Shown in pieces: positions 26,387 through 39,510 of a DNA stretch of 64,000 nucleotides (its first letter is position 1; each line of letters starts with the position of its first letter). A program made the position numbers and the translations under genes. This stretch comes from Octopus vulgaris (lineage: Eukaryota). The DNA lies in NCBI GenBank assembly GCA_951406725.2, contig OX597817.1, positions 99,014,001 through 99,078,000 of the forward strand, read 5' to 3'. The notes under the pieces are model-generated. The model did no database searches. It was not told the origin of the DNA and saw only the letters and a list, made by a program, of their open reading frames with translations.

Positions 26387-29300
26387 TCATCATCATCATC
26401 ATCATCATTTAACATCCGCTTTCCATGCTAGCATGGGTTGGACGGTTCAACTGGGGTCTGGGGAGCCCGAAGGCTGCACCAGTCCAGTCAGATCTGGCAG
26501 TGTTTCTACAGCTGGATGCCCTTCCTAACGCCAACCACTCCGAGAGTGTAGTGGGTGATTTTATGTGTCACCGACACAGGTGCCAGACGAGGCTGGCAAA
26601 CGGCCACGCTCGGATGGTGATTTTTTATGTGCCACCGACACAGGTGCCAGACGAGGCTGGCAAACGGCCACGCTCGGATGGTGTTTTTTATGTGCCACCG
26701 ACACAGGTGCCAGATGAGGCTGGCAGACGGCCACGCTCGGATGGTGTTTTTATGTGCCACCGACACAGGTGCCAGATGAGGCTGGCAAACGGCCACGATC
26801 GGATGGTGTTTGTTACATGCCCACAGCACGGAGGCCAGTTGATGCGGCACTGGCTACGGCCACGTTCGGATGGTTTTCTTGTGTGCCACGTGCCACCGGC
26901 ACTGGTACCACAAAGATACAAATTCCATTGATCTTCATCTATTTGATTTGTTTTGATTTTCACTTGCCTCAACAGGTCTTCACAAGTGTCACAAGAAGGA
27001 AGGTAAGCACAGGTGGACTGACTACGTCCCAGGTAGGGGCCACGGGTTATGGCCTGACTAGTCTTGCCGGGTCTTAGGATGGTGTTTTTATGTGCCACTG
27101 ACATAGGTGCCAGATGAGGCTGGCGAACGGCCACGATCGGATGGTGTTTGTTACATGCCCACAGCACGGAGGCCAGTTGATGCGGCACTGGCTACGGCCA
27201 CGTTCGGATGGTTTTCTTGTGTGCCACGTGCCACCGGCACTGGTACCACAAAGATACAAATTCCATTGATCTTCATCTATTTGATTTGTTTTGATTTTCA
27301 CTTGCCTCAACAGGTCTTCACAAGTGTCACAAGAAGGAAGGTAAGCACAGGTGGACTGACTACGTCCCAGGTAGGGGCCACGGGTTATGGCCTGACTAGT
27401 CTTGCCGGGTCTTAGGATGGTGTTTTTATGTGCCACTGACATAGGTGCCAGATGAGGCTGGCGAACGGCCACGATCGGATGGTGTTTGTTACGTGCCCAC
27501 AGCACCGAGGCCAGTCGATGCGGTACTGGCTACGGCCACGTTCGGATGGTTTTCTTGTGTGCCACCGGCACTGGTACCACAAAGATACAAATTCCATTAA
27601 TCTTCATCTATTTTGATTTGTTTTGATTTGATTTGATTTGATTTTGATTTTCACTTGCCTCAACAGGTCTTCACAAGTGTCACAAGAAGGAAGGTATGCA
27701 CAGGTGGACTGACTACGTCCCAGGTAGGGGTCACAGGTTATGGCCTGACTAGACTTGCCGGGTCTTCGGATGGTGTTTTTATGTGCCACCGACACAGGTG
27801 CCAGATGAGGCTGGCGAACGGCCACGATCGGATGGTGTTGTCGGTGCGGTACTGGCTACGGCCACGTTCGGATGGTTTTCTTGTGTGCCACCGGCACTGG
27901 TACCACAAAGATACAAATTCCATTGATGTTCATCTATTTTGATTTGATTTGATTTGATTTGATTTGATTTTCACTTGCCTCAACAGGTCTTCACAAGTGT
28001 CACAAGAAGGAAGGTATGCACAGGTGGACTGACTACGTCCCAGGTAGGGGCCATGGGTTATGGCCTGACTAGTCTTTCCGGGTCTTCGGATGGTGTTTTT
28101 GTGTGCCACCGACACAGGTGAGAGATGAGGCTGGCGAACGGCCACGATCGGATGGTGTTTGTCATGTGCCCACAGCACGGAGGCCAGTCGATGCGGTACT
28201 GGCTACGGCCACGTTCGGATGGTTTTCTTGTGTGCCACCGGCACTGGTACCACAAAGATACAAATTCCATTGATGTTCATCTATTTTGATTTGATTTTGA
28301 TTTTGATTTTCACTTGCCTCAACAGGCCTTCACAAGTATCACAAGGAGGAAGGTATGCACAGGTGGACTGACTACGTCCCAGGTAGGGGCCACAGGTTAT
28401 GGCCTGACTAGTCTTGCCGGGTCTTCGGATGGTGTTTTTATGTGCCACCGACACAGGTGCTAGATGAGGCTGGCAAACGGCCACGATCGGATGGTGTTTG
28501 TTATGTGCCCACAGCACGATGGCCAGTCGATGCGGTACTGACTACGGCCACGTTCGGATGGATTCTTGTGTGCCACCGGCACTGGTACCACAAAGATACA
28601 AATTCCATTGATCTTCATCTATTTTGATTTGATTTTGATTTTGATTTTTACTTGCCTCAACAGGTCTTCACAAGTGTCACAAGAAGGAAGGTATGTACAG
28701 GTGGACTGACTACGTCCCAGGTAGGGGCCACAGGTTATGACCTGACTAGTCTTGCCGGGTCTTCGGATGGTGTTTTTATGTGCCACCGACACAGGTGCCA
28801 TATGAGGCTGGCGAACGGCCACGATCGGATGGTGTTTGTCATGTTCCCACTGCACGGAGGCCAGTCGGTGTGGTACTGGCTACGGCCACGCTCGGATGGT
28901 TTTCTTGTGTGCCACAGGCACTGGTACCACAAAGATACAAATTCCATTGATGTTCATCTATTTTGATTTGTTTTGATTGATTTTCACTTGCCTCAGCAGG
29001 TCTTCACAAGTGTCACAAGAAGGAAGGTATGCACAGGTGGATCGACTACGTCCCAGGTAGGGGCCACGGGTTATGGCCTGACTAGTCCTGCCGGGTCCTC
29101 TCATGCACAGCACACTTCCATAGGACTCGGTCTTTAGTCATTTCCTTGGTGAGACCTAAAGTTCGAAGGTCGTGCTTCACCACCTCGTCCCAGGTTTTCC
29201 TGGGTCTACCTCTTCCACAGGTTCCCTCAACTGCTAGGGTGTAGCACTTTTGCACACAACTATCTTCAGTCATTCTCGTCACATGACCATACCAGCGCAG

Positions 29301-30147
29301 CCGTCTCTTTGCACACCACAACTGACACTTCTTAGGTTCAACTTTTCTCTCAAAGTACTTACACTCTGACGATTATGAACACTGACATTACACATCCATC
29401 GGAGCATACTGGCTTCATTTCTTGCGAGCTTACGCATATCCTCAGCAGTCATGGCCCATGTTTCACTACCATGTAGCATGGCTGTACGTACACACGCATC
29501 ATACAGTCTGCCTTTTACTCTGAGCGAGAGGCCTTTTGTCACCAGCAGGGGTAAGAGCTCTCTAAACTTTGCCCAGGCTATTCTTACTCTAGCAGTTACA
29601 CTTTCAGCACACCCACCCCCGCTACTGACTTGGTCTCCTAGGTAGCGGAAGCTATCAACTACTTCTAGTTTGTCTCCCTGGAACGTGGTAGAAGTTGGTC
29701 TCTGCACATTTCCAGTGTTTATTGCTCCTGAGCATCTGCCACAGACAAAAACTATTTTCTTAGTTAGCCTTCCTTTGACATTGCTGCACCTCTTATGTGT
29801 CCATAGCTTACACTTGGTGCACCTTATAGAGTTTCTACCTACACCTTTTTTACAGATCGAGCAGGGCCATCTACCTGAAGTCGTTTGTGATTGGTCCACC
29901 TTTCCTACTTATTAGGACTTTGGTTTTGGCTAGGTTGATTCTAAGGCCCTTCGATTCTAATCCTTGTTTCCACACCTGAAACTTCTCCTCCAGTTCTGAT
30001 AGTGACTCAGCAATTAGAGCAAGGTCATCAGCATAGAGGAGCTCCCAGGGGCATCCTGTCCTGAATTCCTCCGTTATTGCCTGGAGGACTATGATAAATA
30101 GGAGGGGACTGAGGACTGAACCTTGGTGGACCCCAACCTCTACCCGG
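26384..30147 (-). mobile_element. RTE LINE 3' half with a PHD-like finger and a tandemly amplified 3' UTR
   Basis: GVHQGSVLSPLLF, LLYADD, FRYLGD, RLRWYGHV, GRGRPRKTW; (GAT)n tail at 26384-26408. Confidence 0.92.
26560..29085 (-). repeat. Tandem repeat of ~7 x 320-353-bp units plus ~60-bp subrepeats in the RTE 3' UTR
   Basis: CTTGCCTCAACAGGTCTTCACAAG at ~26963, 27301, 27654, 27974, 28313, 28651 and 28988. Each unit has a variable (GATTT)n tract. Confidence 0.92.
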
Positions 30148-30403
30148 ATAAAAGGAAATGAAGAAAATGCTGACAAAATAATTTAAGTAATTTAAGTAAT
30201 TTAATTAGGTGAAAGTTCTTTTTACCGGTTGCACACTTGTTATGCTTATCAAAAGATAGATTTTTTCCTCTTATCTGACCTTCAGATAAGAGGAAAAAAT
30301 CTATCTTTTGATAAGCATAACAAATGCGCATCCGGTAAAAAGAACTTTCACCTAATTAAATTACTTAAATTATTTTGTCAGCATTTTCTTCATTTCCTTT
30401 TTT
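30148..30403. repeat. Near-perfect palindrome (~125-bp arms, 3-nt loop) at the 5' truncation point of the RTE
   Basis: Centre CTTATCTGA-cct-TCAGATAAG; arms match apart from a few substitutions and a 9-bp duplication. Confidence 0.9.
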
Positions 30404-30477
30404 ATATATCACAACTCGTGTTCCACATCTCCTTTTTTAAATATATATATATATATACATATTTATATACACACACA

Positions 30478-30521
<44 letters not shown>

Positions 30522-31689
30522 GATAAATTGATAGATACAACTGAGTGGGCAAACAAAAATATGAGACACTACATACTGCTTTTTTATATTTTGATAAGCT
30601 TGGTACTTATTCTATCAGTTTCTTCTTGTGAAACCAGTAAGTTATGGGGATGTAAATAAACGAACACCAGTTGTGAAGCAGTACGCAGTTGAATCTATAG
30701 TCCTTTATGTACAAGAAATAAACCAACAGCAGTACTCAGTAGAAGCAGCTGTTCAAGAAAACAGACATTACATACAGCCAAACTGCATATAGATACTTAA
30801 TGCTAGCTAATTAGCAGATAATCTAATGTAAAAGCTGTAGTAAAAGGTATGTCCATCTGGACTATTCCATTTCTGCACACTAATTATATTTTTAATTTAT
30901 TCCCATTCATGTGAAACCACTTATTCAAGTTCAAGTCATTGATGCAATTTTATACCAATTGCTATTTTTACTTTTGTTATGTTACAATATAATTATAATA
31001 TTATACTTTAGTTTGATTTTAATTATTACTTACTACATATAATTCAATTGCTATTATTATCTCTAATTTTTATTGTTAAAGTGAAAGTATCTGACATAAA
31101 ATAGAGAGATGTTTTTGTTTCACTTTTAACATGTAATACTGAAATAGTGGAGGAGATATGATATTGCTATGGGCTCGCCCTAGGTAAGAAGTTGAACATT
31201 TTCTTTTGCCCATGAAACTACATGGACCCTAAGTAAAGCACATGTAAAATTTGAATGAAATTGGTTATGTAGTTCTCAAGTTTTAGGGATTCACACAGAC
31301 AGACAGACATTCTCAGTTTTATATATATAGATAACTGTACTTTAGTTGCCCTACTTTGCCCCCTGCATCCCTTTTGTTCCACTGGAAGTAAATTGTTACT
31401 TCCCAGATGATTATATAATTTTCTTCTACTTGTACTCTATTATGCCAGCTACAATATTATCAGCAGCTATGATTAGCTGGTTTGTTTTACTAATGTTCTG
31501 TTTTAACCAAGCTCAAATCGCCATTTACTTTGCTTGTGGATCTCCTTTCTTTCCCTCTGTCCATACACCCTACATTTGGTGGCACTTTATTGTTCATACC
31601 ATTCATTTTACCTCACAGTATTTCTAGAACCTCCTTCTCTTCATCGTTCAAGTTTAGTGTAATATTTATTGCCACTTGTCCAGCTAAAT

Positions 31690-32455
31690 TATCTTCACTA
31701 TTTATTCCATCAACAACCTCAAGCACACAAAATTTGCTCTGGTATTGTAAGTACAGCGGTTCGTGTCTTTCTAAGCCACGACCCACACATAGTAATCCCT
31801 GGGATTGCAATCGGGGGAATTAAGAGGCCAGAAATTGGGGCTTGAGTAGTCGTAATAATTCTCTGATAATCACTTTTGACACTTTCTGGAGCACATGTTG
31901 CTGCCCATATGACCTTCTACCAGCAACCCTCTCCAGTCAGGGTTTGACCACAGTCTCCAGTAGCTTTACATAGCCGTTTAAATTGAGCTTAAGGCCAGGT
32001 TCAAAGATGTGGGGCGACATGACGTCACCCTAATTGGAGGCACACTCAAAGATCATCACAGTTTGGTGTGGACTTGGTTTACATGATACATGTAGCATCA
32101 CATGGATTTAAGCAAGCCACTGGCTGTTCTTGGCGATGTGCAACTGGTCTTAGAAGAACTTCTTTTCATTTGAGAAGAATGAAATCATCCCCGGCTCAAC
32201 AGGATGTCTCAGCTTGTTCAGGAGCTAATTTGCTTTGGTCAAGTAGTTCTCCTTGGACTTGGCCGTCAGAATTTGTCTCTTGCAGCTCTTGTATGAGTGG
32301 TAGCGAAGTTCGTCATTTAGAGCCAGCTTCATGGTGGCAACTCCAACACCCATCTCTGTCGCCAAAGCCCAGATTCTTTTGCTCAGACCTTCCATCACCT
32401 TGTTCAGCAATTGTTGGCTGAAATCCCCCTTCCTGCTGGCCAAATTAACTCGGAT
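31690..32455 (-). pseudogene. Decayed Tc1/mariner-superfamily (maT/DD37D-like) transposase
   Basis: GDVMSPHIFEPGLKLN and SPDCNPRDYYVWG across frameshifts. Confidence 0.75.
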
Positions 32456-32854
32456 ATTGAGTCATTATTGTACTTATTTTTGTTAAGCCTGGTACTTATT
32501 CTCTCAGTCTCTTTTGCCGAACAGCAAAGTTATGGGACGTAAATACATCTACTAGTGTAGCTGGTGGGGTGTCGGTCCGCCCCAGCGGCACACTCTAGCT
32601 ACGCTAGTAAACACACCAATACCGACTGTCACACGGTACTGAGGACAAACACAGTCATGAACACACACACACACACATATATATATATCTACGACAGGCT
32701 TCTTCCAGTTTCCATCTACCAAATACACTCACAGGGCTCTGGTAGGCCCTAAGTTTTAGTAGGGCCACATTTGATTTAGTAGGGTCACATTTGCAATGAA
32801 GTTTGACTGAACCCGGAACAATGTAGTTGGGAAGGAAGCTTCTTACCACACAAC

Positions 32855-33245
32855 TGGCTGTGGGTTAAGAAGCTTGCTTCCCAACCACATGGTTCTGGAT
32901 AAAGTGACCCTGCGGGGCACCTTGAGCAAGTGTCTTCTACTATTGCCTCAGGCCGACCAAAGCCTTGTGAGTGGATTTGGTAGACGGAAACTGAAAGAAG
33001 CCCATCGTATATATATATGTATGTGTGTGTGTGTCTGTCTGTCTGTTTGCCTGTCTTCCCCCCCCCCACTCGCTTGATGCTGGTGTGTATATGTTTCCCT
33101 AACTTAGCGGTTCGGTAAAAGAGACGGATAGAATAAGTACCACACTTACAAATAATAAGCCCTGTAGTTCGATTTCTTCGACTAAATTCCTTTAAGGCGG
33201 TGATCCAATATGACCACAATCAAAAGACTGAAACAAGAATAAAAG
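32855..33245 (+). mobile_element. Full-length OR-like tRNA-derived SINE, flanked by inverted decayed copies at 32470-32850 and 33290-33605
   Basis: TGGCTGTGGGTTAAGAAGCTTGC head, central (TA)(TG) tract, GACTGAAACAAG tail. Confidence 0.8.
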
Positions 33246-33839
33246 AATATATATAAGTATATATATACATCCTTTATACTGGATAATCACCTTGAAGAAT
33301 TTTAGTCAACGAATCGAACTTAGTATTTATTTATTTATTTAAATCCCTGGTGTTTATTCTATCGGACTGTTTATTCTATTGGACTGCTAAGTCGTGGGGA
33401 AGCAAACACACTAACAGTCATCAAACGGTATTGGGTCACAAATGCGGACACACACACATGCACACACACACACACATTCGATGGGCTTCAACCAAACACA
33501 CTCACAAGGCTTTGGTTGGCTTGAGGTTATAGCAGAAGACATTTGCCCAATGTGTCACGCAATTGGACTGAGCCATGTGGTTGGGAAGCAAACTTCTTGC
33601 CACACAGACATATATACAGGGTGGAGCAGAGAGGACGGACGTTTTTGAAATGGCTGTTACTCAGCCCCAGTGGGAAGGACATTCAGTCAGTGGTGTCTTA
33701 GCATTTTTTTTTCTTTTCAAGTGGGGGGCCAAGGCACTGTGGACGATAGAGCACAAATGCAAAATATAAGTTAGTCCTAGAGTGCACAATGTTCCTGAAG
33801 GTCAGCAATGGTCTTCCTTGGTCACAAGTGGACGGCCAT

Positions 33840-34125
33840 CATGTATGTATGTCATTGGTCAGTTTTATTTCAAGATTTCTTGCCAATAGAGAAAGAACCG
33901 GTTTCTAACCTAGGTTCAAGGCTCCTTCATTGGAATTTCAACATCAACAGCAGGGTATTTTTGCATGTATGTATATGTGCAGATTTCTATGTTTTGCTTT
34001 ATGCATGTATTCTCATGCATAAAGTTGCATATCTAGACATGCTCATATATATTTAAATGATAAACTTCTGGAAAGTTAAACAGATTTTTACAGTTCCAGT
34101 GATGGATTGGATCTGTAGTCTTTGA
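33840..34125 (-). mobile_element. 3' end of the R4/Dong element family
   Basis: Matches 38745-38935 plus 39511-39630, and 63350-63495. Confidence 0.75.
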
Positions 34126-34209
34126 ACACACACAGAACCCTAACCCCCTCCCCATTACCAATAGGGATGATTCAGAAACTTGTTAACTATAAAATAACAG
34201 AAAGAAACA

Positions 34210-34262
<53 letters not shown>

Positions 34263-34520
34263 TTCAGCAAAAATTTAGATTCAAATGAATATAGTACTTA
34301 ATTTAGATGCACCAGAATTTTGCATGGTGTTATCCATAAAAATCTGTGGGGTGATTATAATCAAAATAAGCAACAAGAATGACTCCAACCTTACAGCAGT
34401 CTGGAACAACCAAATCTTAGTCATATGTTCTTAAAGCCACATCTTTGTCTATATATTTACCTTCTCTATAATGTTGCCACTTGATTTGAAAATTTTTGTG
34501 TTTATGGAAAACCTCTATAA

Positions 34521-34606
34521 TTGGCTGATGAGTACTCAGCATCTTAAATCTGTTGTAATACTTACAATATTTAATAAAATGATGTAGTATGAAACGATCG
34601 TACCAA
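34521..34606 (+). ncRNA. Type-I hammerhead ribozyme motif
   Basis: TTGG-CTGATGA-GTACT...AGTAT-GAAA-CGATCG-TA-CCAA, inside a 25-bp inverted repeat (34362-34638) embedded in (TA)n. Confidence 0.75.
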
Positions 34607-34629
34607 ATTACTGGAGTCATTCTTGTTGC

Positions 34630-34671
<42 letters not shown>

Positions 34672-34893
34672 TTCTCCTTTTATATGCCTTTCATTTCTAA
34701 AAAACTGTGCTCCTCTCAAACTCCATTATTTTCTTCAATTATACTATTATTTCTCTTTCTCTTTTTATGCATTCTCTAATAAGAATATTGTACTACACCT
34801 ACTAATAACTAATTCTCTTATAAGTATGTACATGCATATATGCATGCATATATATGTATGTATGTATGTATGGGTGTGTATGTATATATTTGA

Positions 34894-34956
<63 letters not shown>

Positions 34957-35557
34957 TAAATTAACCCTATGAACTTCTTTGACTATCTTATAAAACTCTC
35001 TGACAAAGCCTAGAGGCATACCCAAGTGCCCTAATTTTATCTACAGATTACTACAGTACACTGAAAAGTTGGAAATAAGATGTGGGGTACTGTGACCTCT
35101 TGGCAGAAGCAGCTGTAAGAAACTGCTCTTTCTGTATTCTAGAAATTACTACTCCTCACACATGTATTTATATATTATCTGAAGTGTTTAAAATAAATAA
35201 ATATACATAATATAATGTTTAACAGCTAATGAATACTACCTCTGGATTTTCTTCTTGCCACATAGATTAAGGGTAAAACCACTTATTATCCTCGCCCAAT
35301 CATTATACTCAGTAGTGTAATTGCCATGTAACAACCAACACTTGTATATTAATTAGGTATTCTACCAGCAGTATATTGGATAGATACTATACTTAGTTGG
35401 TTGTATTCACAACCTCTAACTCTCAGTCATAAAAACCATGCCAAAACACACACAGAAGCATGGTGCAAGCTCCCATCAGGCCAGCTTCTGTGAAACTGTC
35501 CAACACATGCCAGCATGGAAGGAGGACATTAAATGATGATGATGATAATGAAGGTGA

Positions 35558-37465
35558 AACATCATCATCCTTTAACGTCTGCTTTCCATGCTAGCATGGG
35601 TTGGACAATTTGACTGAGGACTGGTGAACCAGATGGCTGCACCAGGCTCTAATCTTGATCTGGCAGAGTTTCCACAGCTGAATGCCCTTCATAACGCCAA
35701 CCACTTCGAGAGTGTAGTGGGTGCTTTTACGTGCACTGGCATGGGAGCCAGTCAGGTGGTACTGGCAATGACCTTTCTTGAATGTTTTTTCACTTGCCAC
35801 CAGCACAAGATCTGGTAACGATCACGCTCGAATGGTGCCTTTTACATGCCACCAGCATGGAAGCCAGTTAGCCGCTCTGGCAATAATCATGCTCAGAGGG
35901 TGCTCTTAGCATCCCACTAGCACAGGGCACAAGTGCCAGTAAGATGATGCTGGTAACTATCATGCTCGAAAGGTGCGTTTTACGTGCTGCTGGCAGGGAA
36001 GCCAGTTATCCGCTCTGTCAATGATTATGCTCGGATAGTGCTCTTAGCACCCCTCTAGCACAGATGCTAGTCATTGAATTTGATTTCGATTTCACTTGCC
36101 TCGACAGGTCTTCGCAAACATAGTTTAGTGTGCAAAGAAGGAAAAGGAAAAGTGGGCTGGTTATGACCCTGACATAGGCCATGAGGTTATAGTTTAATTT
36201 GGCTTGCTGAGTCTTCTCAAGCACAGCATATTTCCAAAAGTCTCGGTCACTAATCATTGCCTCGGTGAGGCCTAAAGTTCAAAAGTTGTGCTTCACCACT
36301 TCATCCCAGGTCTTCCTGGGTCTACCTTTTCCACAAGTTCCCTCAACCACTAGGGTGTGACACTATTTCACACAACTGTCCTCATCCATTCTTGCCACAT
36401 GACCATACCAGTGCAGTTGTCTCTCTTGCACACCACATCTGATGCTTCTTAGGTCTAACTTTTCTCTCAAGGTACTTACACTCTGTCGAGTATGCACACT
36501 GACATTACACATCCATCGGATCATACTTGCTTCATTCCTTGTGAGCTTACGCATGTCCTCAGCAGTCACGGCCCATGTTTCACTGCCATGTAGCATGGCT
36601 GTTCATACACATGCATCATACAGTCTGCCTTTTACTCTGAGCAAGAGGCCCTTTGTCACTAGCAGGCATAAGAGCTCTCTGAAATTTTCCCAGGATATTC
36701 TTATTCTTACAGCTACACTTTCAGTGCACCCTCCCCCGCTACTGACTTGGTCACCTAGGTAATGGAAGCTATCAACTACTTCTAGATTTTCTCCCTGGAA
36801 TGTGGCGGAAGTTGTTCTCTGCACATTTTCAGTAGTTATTGCTCCTGAGTATCTGCTACATACAAAAACTATCCTCCCAGTTAGCCTTCCTTTGATATTG
36901 CTGCACCTCTTATGTGTCCATAGCTTACACTAGGTACATCTTACAGAGTTTCTACCTACGCCTCTACTACAGATCGAGCAGGGTCATCTACCTGAAGGGA
37001 TTTGTGGTTTGCCTGCCTTCCTACTTATTAGGACTTTGGTTTTAGTTAGGTTGACTCTAAGGCCCTTTGATTCTAATCCTTGTTTCCACATCTGAAACCT
37101 CTCCTCGAGTTCTGATAGTGACTCAGCCATTAGAGCAAGGTCATTAGCATAGAGGAGCTCCCAGGGGCATCCTGTCTTGTCTTCCTCTGTTATTACCAGG
37201 AGGACTATGATAAATAGGAGGCAACGAAGGACTGAACCTTGGTGGATCCCTACCTCCACCCGGAATTCTTCACTGTACTCGTTGCCAACCCTCACCTTAC
37301 TAACTGCATCCCTGTACATGGCTTGCACAGCTCTCACTAACCATACATCTATTCCTAGTTTCCTCATTGACCACCAGATAAAGGATCGGGGGGGGGAACC
37401 CTGTCAAAGGCTTTCTCCATATCAACAAAAGCCAGGTACAGAGGTTTATCTTTGGCTAGGTATTT
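35558..37465 (-). mobile_element. RTE LINE 3' half (second subfamily, decayed)
   Basis: GIHQGSVL, LLYANDL, MLHGSETWAVT, (GAT)n tail. It lies tail-to-tail with a plus-strand RTE tail at 35420-35550. Confidence 0.9.
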
Positions 37466-37536
37466 ATAGTAAACATATATAAAAATAAGCAATAATAAAT
37501 CTCTGAACGAGATGTAAACAGTAACTGCTCAACAAC

Positions 37537-37826
37537 GTAAAGTATACTAGCCATCTCAATATGGCTAACCACTAAGGGTGGGTGTTACTGTAGCTTTTAG
37601 CCCCAGGAGATCATCGTCTCCAGCTGGCTTTAGGCACACTTTCTGTGCCCTTATGGTATTTGCAAAGGGAGGTTGATGAGAGAGGGATGACCTCCCTTTG
37701 CAAATACCATAAGGGCACAGAAAGTGTGCCTAAAGTCAGCTGGAGACGATGATCTCCTGGGGCTAAAAGCTACAGTAACACCCAACCTCAGTGGTTAGCC
37801 ATATTGAGATGGCTAGTATACTTTAC
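37537..37826. repeat. Palindrome with ~137-bp arms and ~15-nt spacer
   Basis: GTAAAGTATACTAGCCATCTC...GGGAGGT / ACCTCCC...GAGATGGCTAGTATACTTTAC. Confidence 0.9.
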
Positions 37827-37917
37827 ATATATAAAAATAAAAACCTTAAATTAAATTAAAGCACCACTCAATACATTTCAGTAAATTATAATATATTTTA
37901 ACCAGGGAAAAGTTTAC

Positions 37918-37997
37918 AGTTGCTTTAAAGTTTCAGCTTAGCAGTCTTCAGCAGACTGTCTGATGAAGACTACTAAGCTGAAACTTCAAAGCAACTT
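37918..37997. repeat. Palindrome with ~40-bp arms and a hammerhead-like core
   Basis: Centre CAGAC-t-GTCTG; the right arm has CTGATGA...GAAA. Confidence 0.75.
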
Positions 37998-38021
37998 TTC
38001 ATTGTACATACACACACACAG

Positions 38022-38067
<46 letters not shown>

Positions 38068-38935
38068 TCTCTCCCTCTCTCCCTCCCTCCCTCCCTCCCC
38101 TCTCTCTCTTTCAAACATACACACACACACTCACTCACAGAGGCATATGCACACACACATATACACAAACACACAAAATAAGAGTTACAGAAGAGAGGGA
38201 GATGACTAAATGTAAGCAGATGTCAATGTAACAATGTATGCAGGCATAGATATTTTTATAATAACTATCTCTTAAATCAACTACAAAGTGTTTTTATAGG
38301 TCAATCGAAGAATTATGTGACAACATCTGTTTATTTACTGTTTATTGTCTGCACTGCTCCTCGAAACAAAAAATCTATTGATGGTGAAGCAGATGAGAGA
38401 GAGAGAAAAAGAAAGGGGAGAGAGAAGTAACAGCAAGAGAGAAGAAAGAGAGAGGAGAGAGAGAGAGAGATGTGAAACAGACAGACAGGCACAAACACTG
38501 ATGTGGGGAGAAAAAAGCTCAGGAGAAACTTCAAGTGTTTCTTTCAGGCAACACTTTTTTTTACTTTCATGTGTGTATGTATGTGTGAGTGTATATGTAT
38601 GTATATACAGGTACATATGTGTACATATACATATACACATATGTACGTGTATATACATACATATACACTCACATATACATACGTGTATCTAGCTTTGTAA
38701 ATATGGTTGTATGTGCGCATACATGTGTGCATGCATGCATGTGAATGCATGTCTGTCATTATTCTGTTTTATTTCAAGAATTCTTGCCAGTTGAGAAATA
38801 GCTGGTTTTTAAGTTAGGTTCAAGATTCCTTCACTGGAATTCCAACATCAGCAAGGCATTTTTGCACTACATGTATATATGCGCATTATTTGGAATCAGT
38901 GCATGTACAGCTTTGTATGTTTTGTTTTATGTATG

Positions 38936-39510
38936 TGTAGCGGTCTCTGATATCCTCACTGTTTGAGAGACACGGCAGGAATGATCTCGTTTGAGATTAC
39001 AGCCATCTTTGGCCGAGTTGTTCCTGTTGTAACCACTCGCCCTCACCATATTAAAAGAATCCGCTCGCCGATTGAGACCACGACCACGGCTCGACAATAA
39101 TTCGCCCAACCGGTCTCCACCCGAGACACAACTTCTTGATATTGAACTCTTACATACCGTGTACCTCATGAACTGTAAATCAATTTCCACCATTAACTCT
39201 ATGCTCTGTACCTACTATGTCACACGCTTTCACCCTTATGGTATCTGTCACACACACGAACACACAGACACAAACACGTGTTGCATGCACACACACACAC
39301 ACTTGCTAGCACTCACAACCTTCTAACATTAACACCATTGTAAATAAAATCTTGTCTTCTCTCAAACAGTGGAACGGCTTGTCAATTCATCTGTATTCTG
39401 TTGGCACTGCATTGTATAAATTGTATTTATGGCTTATCTTATTTCATTAGGGATATGACCGTGTGACTTACCTATGTCACCAACCTCCACATGCGGTCGT
39501 ATTTCCTACA
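38936..39510 (+). mobile_element. Solo LTR (575 bp)
   Basis: TGTAG...CTACA termini, 4-bp TSD TATG, AATAAA at ~39343. Empty-site homologues are at ~34000 and ~63380. Confidence 0.85.

Noticed and set aside
26560-29085. CRISPR-like regular repeat array
   Set aside because: Whole units are repeated with no unique spacers, there are no cas genes, and the context is a eukaryotic LINE 3' UTR.
33880-33935. Hammerhead in the R4 3' UTR (CCAATGA...GAAACCGG on the minus strand)
   Set aside because: It is better explained as a simple stem-loop (GAAGGAGCC/GGTTCTTTC, CCAAT/ATTGG), and the core is not kept in the 38780-38850 copy.
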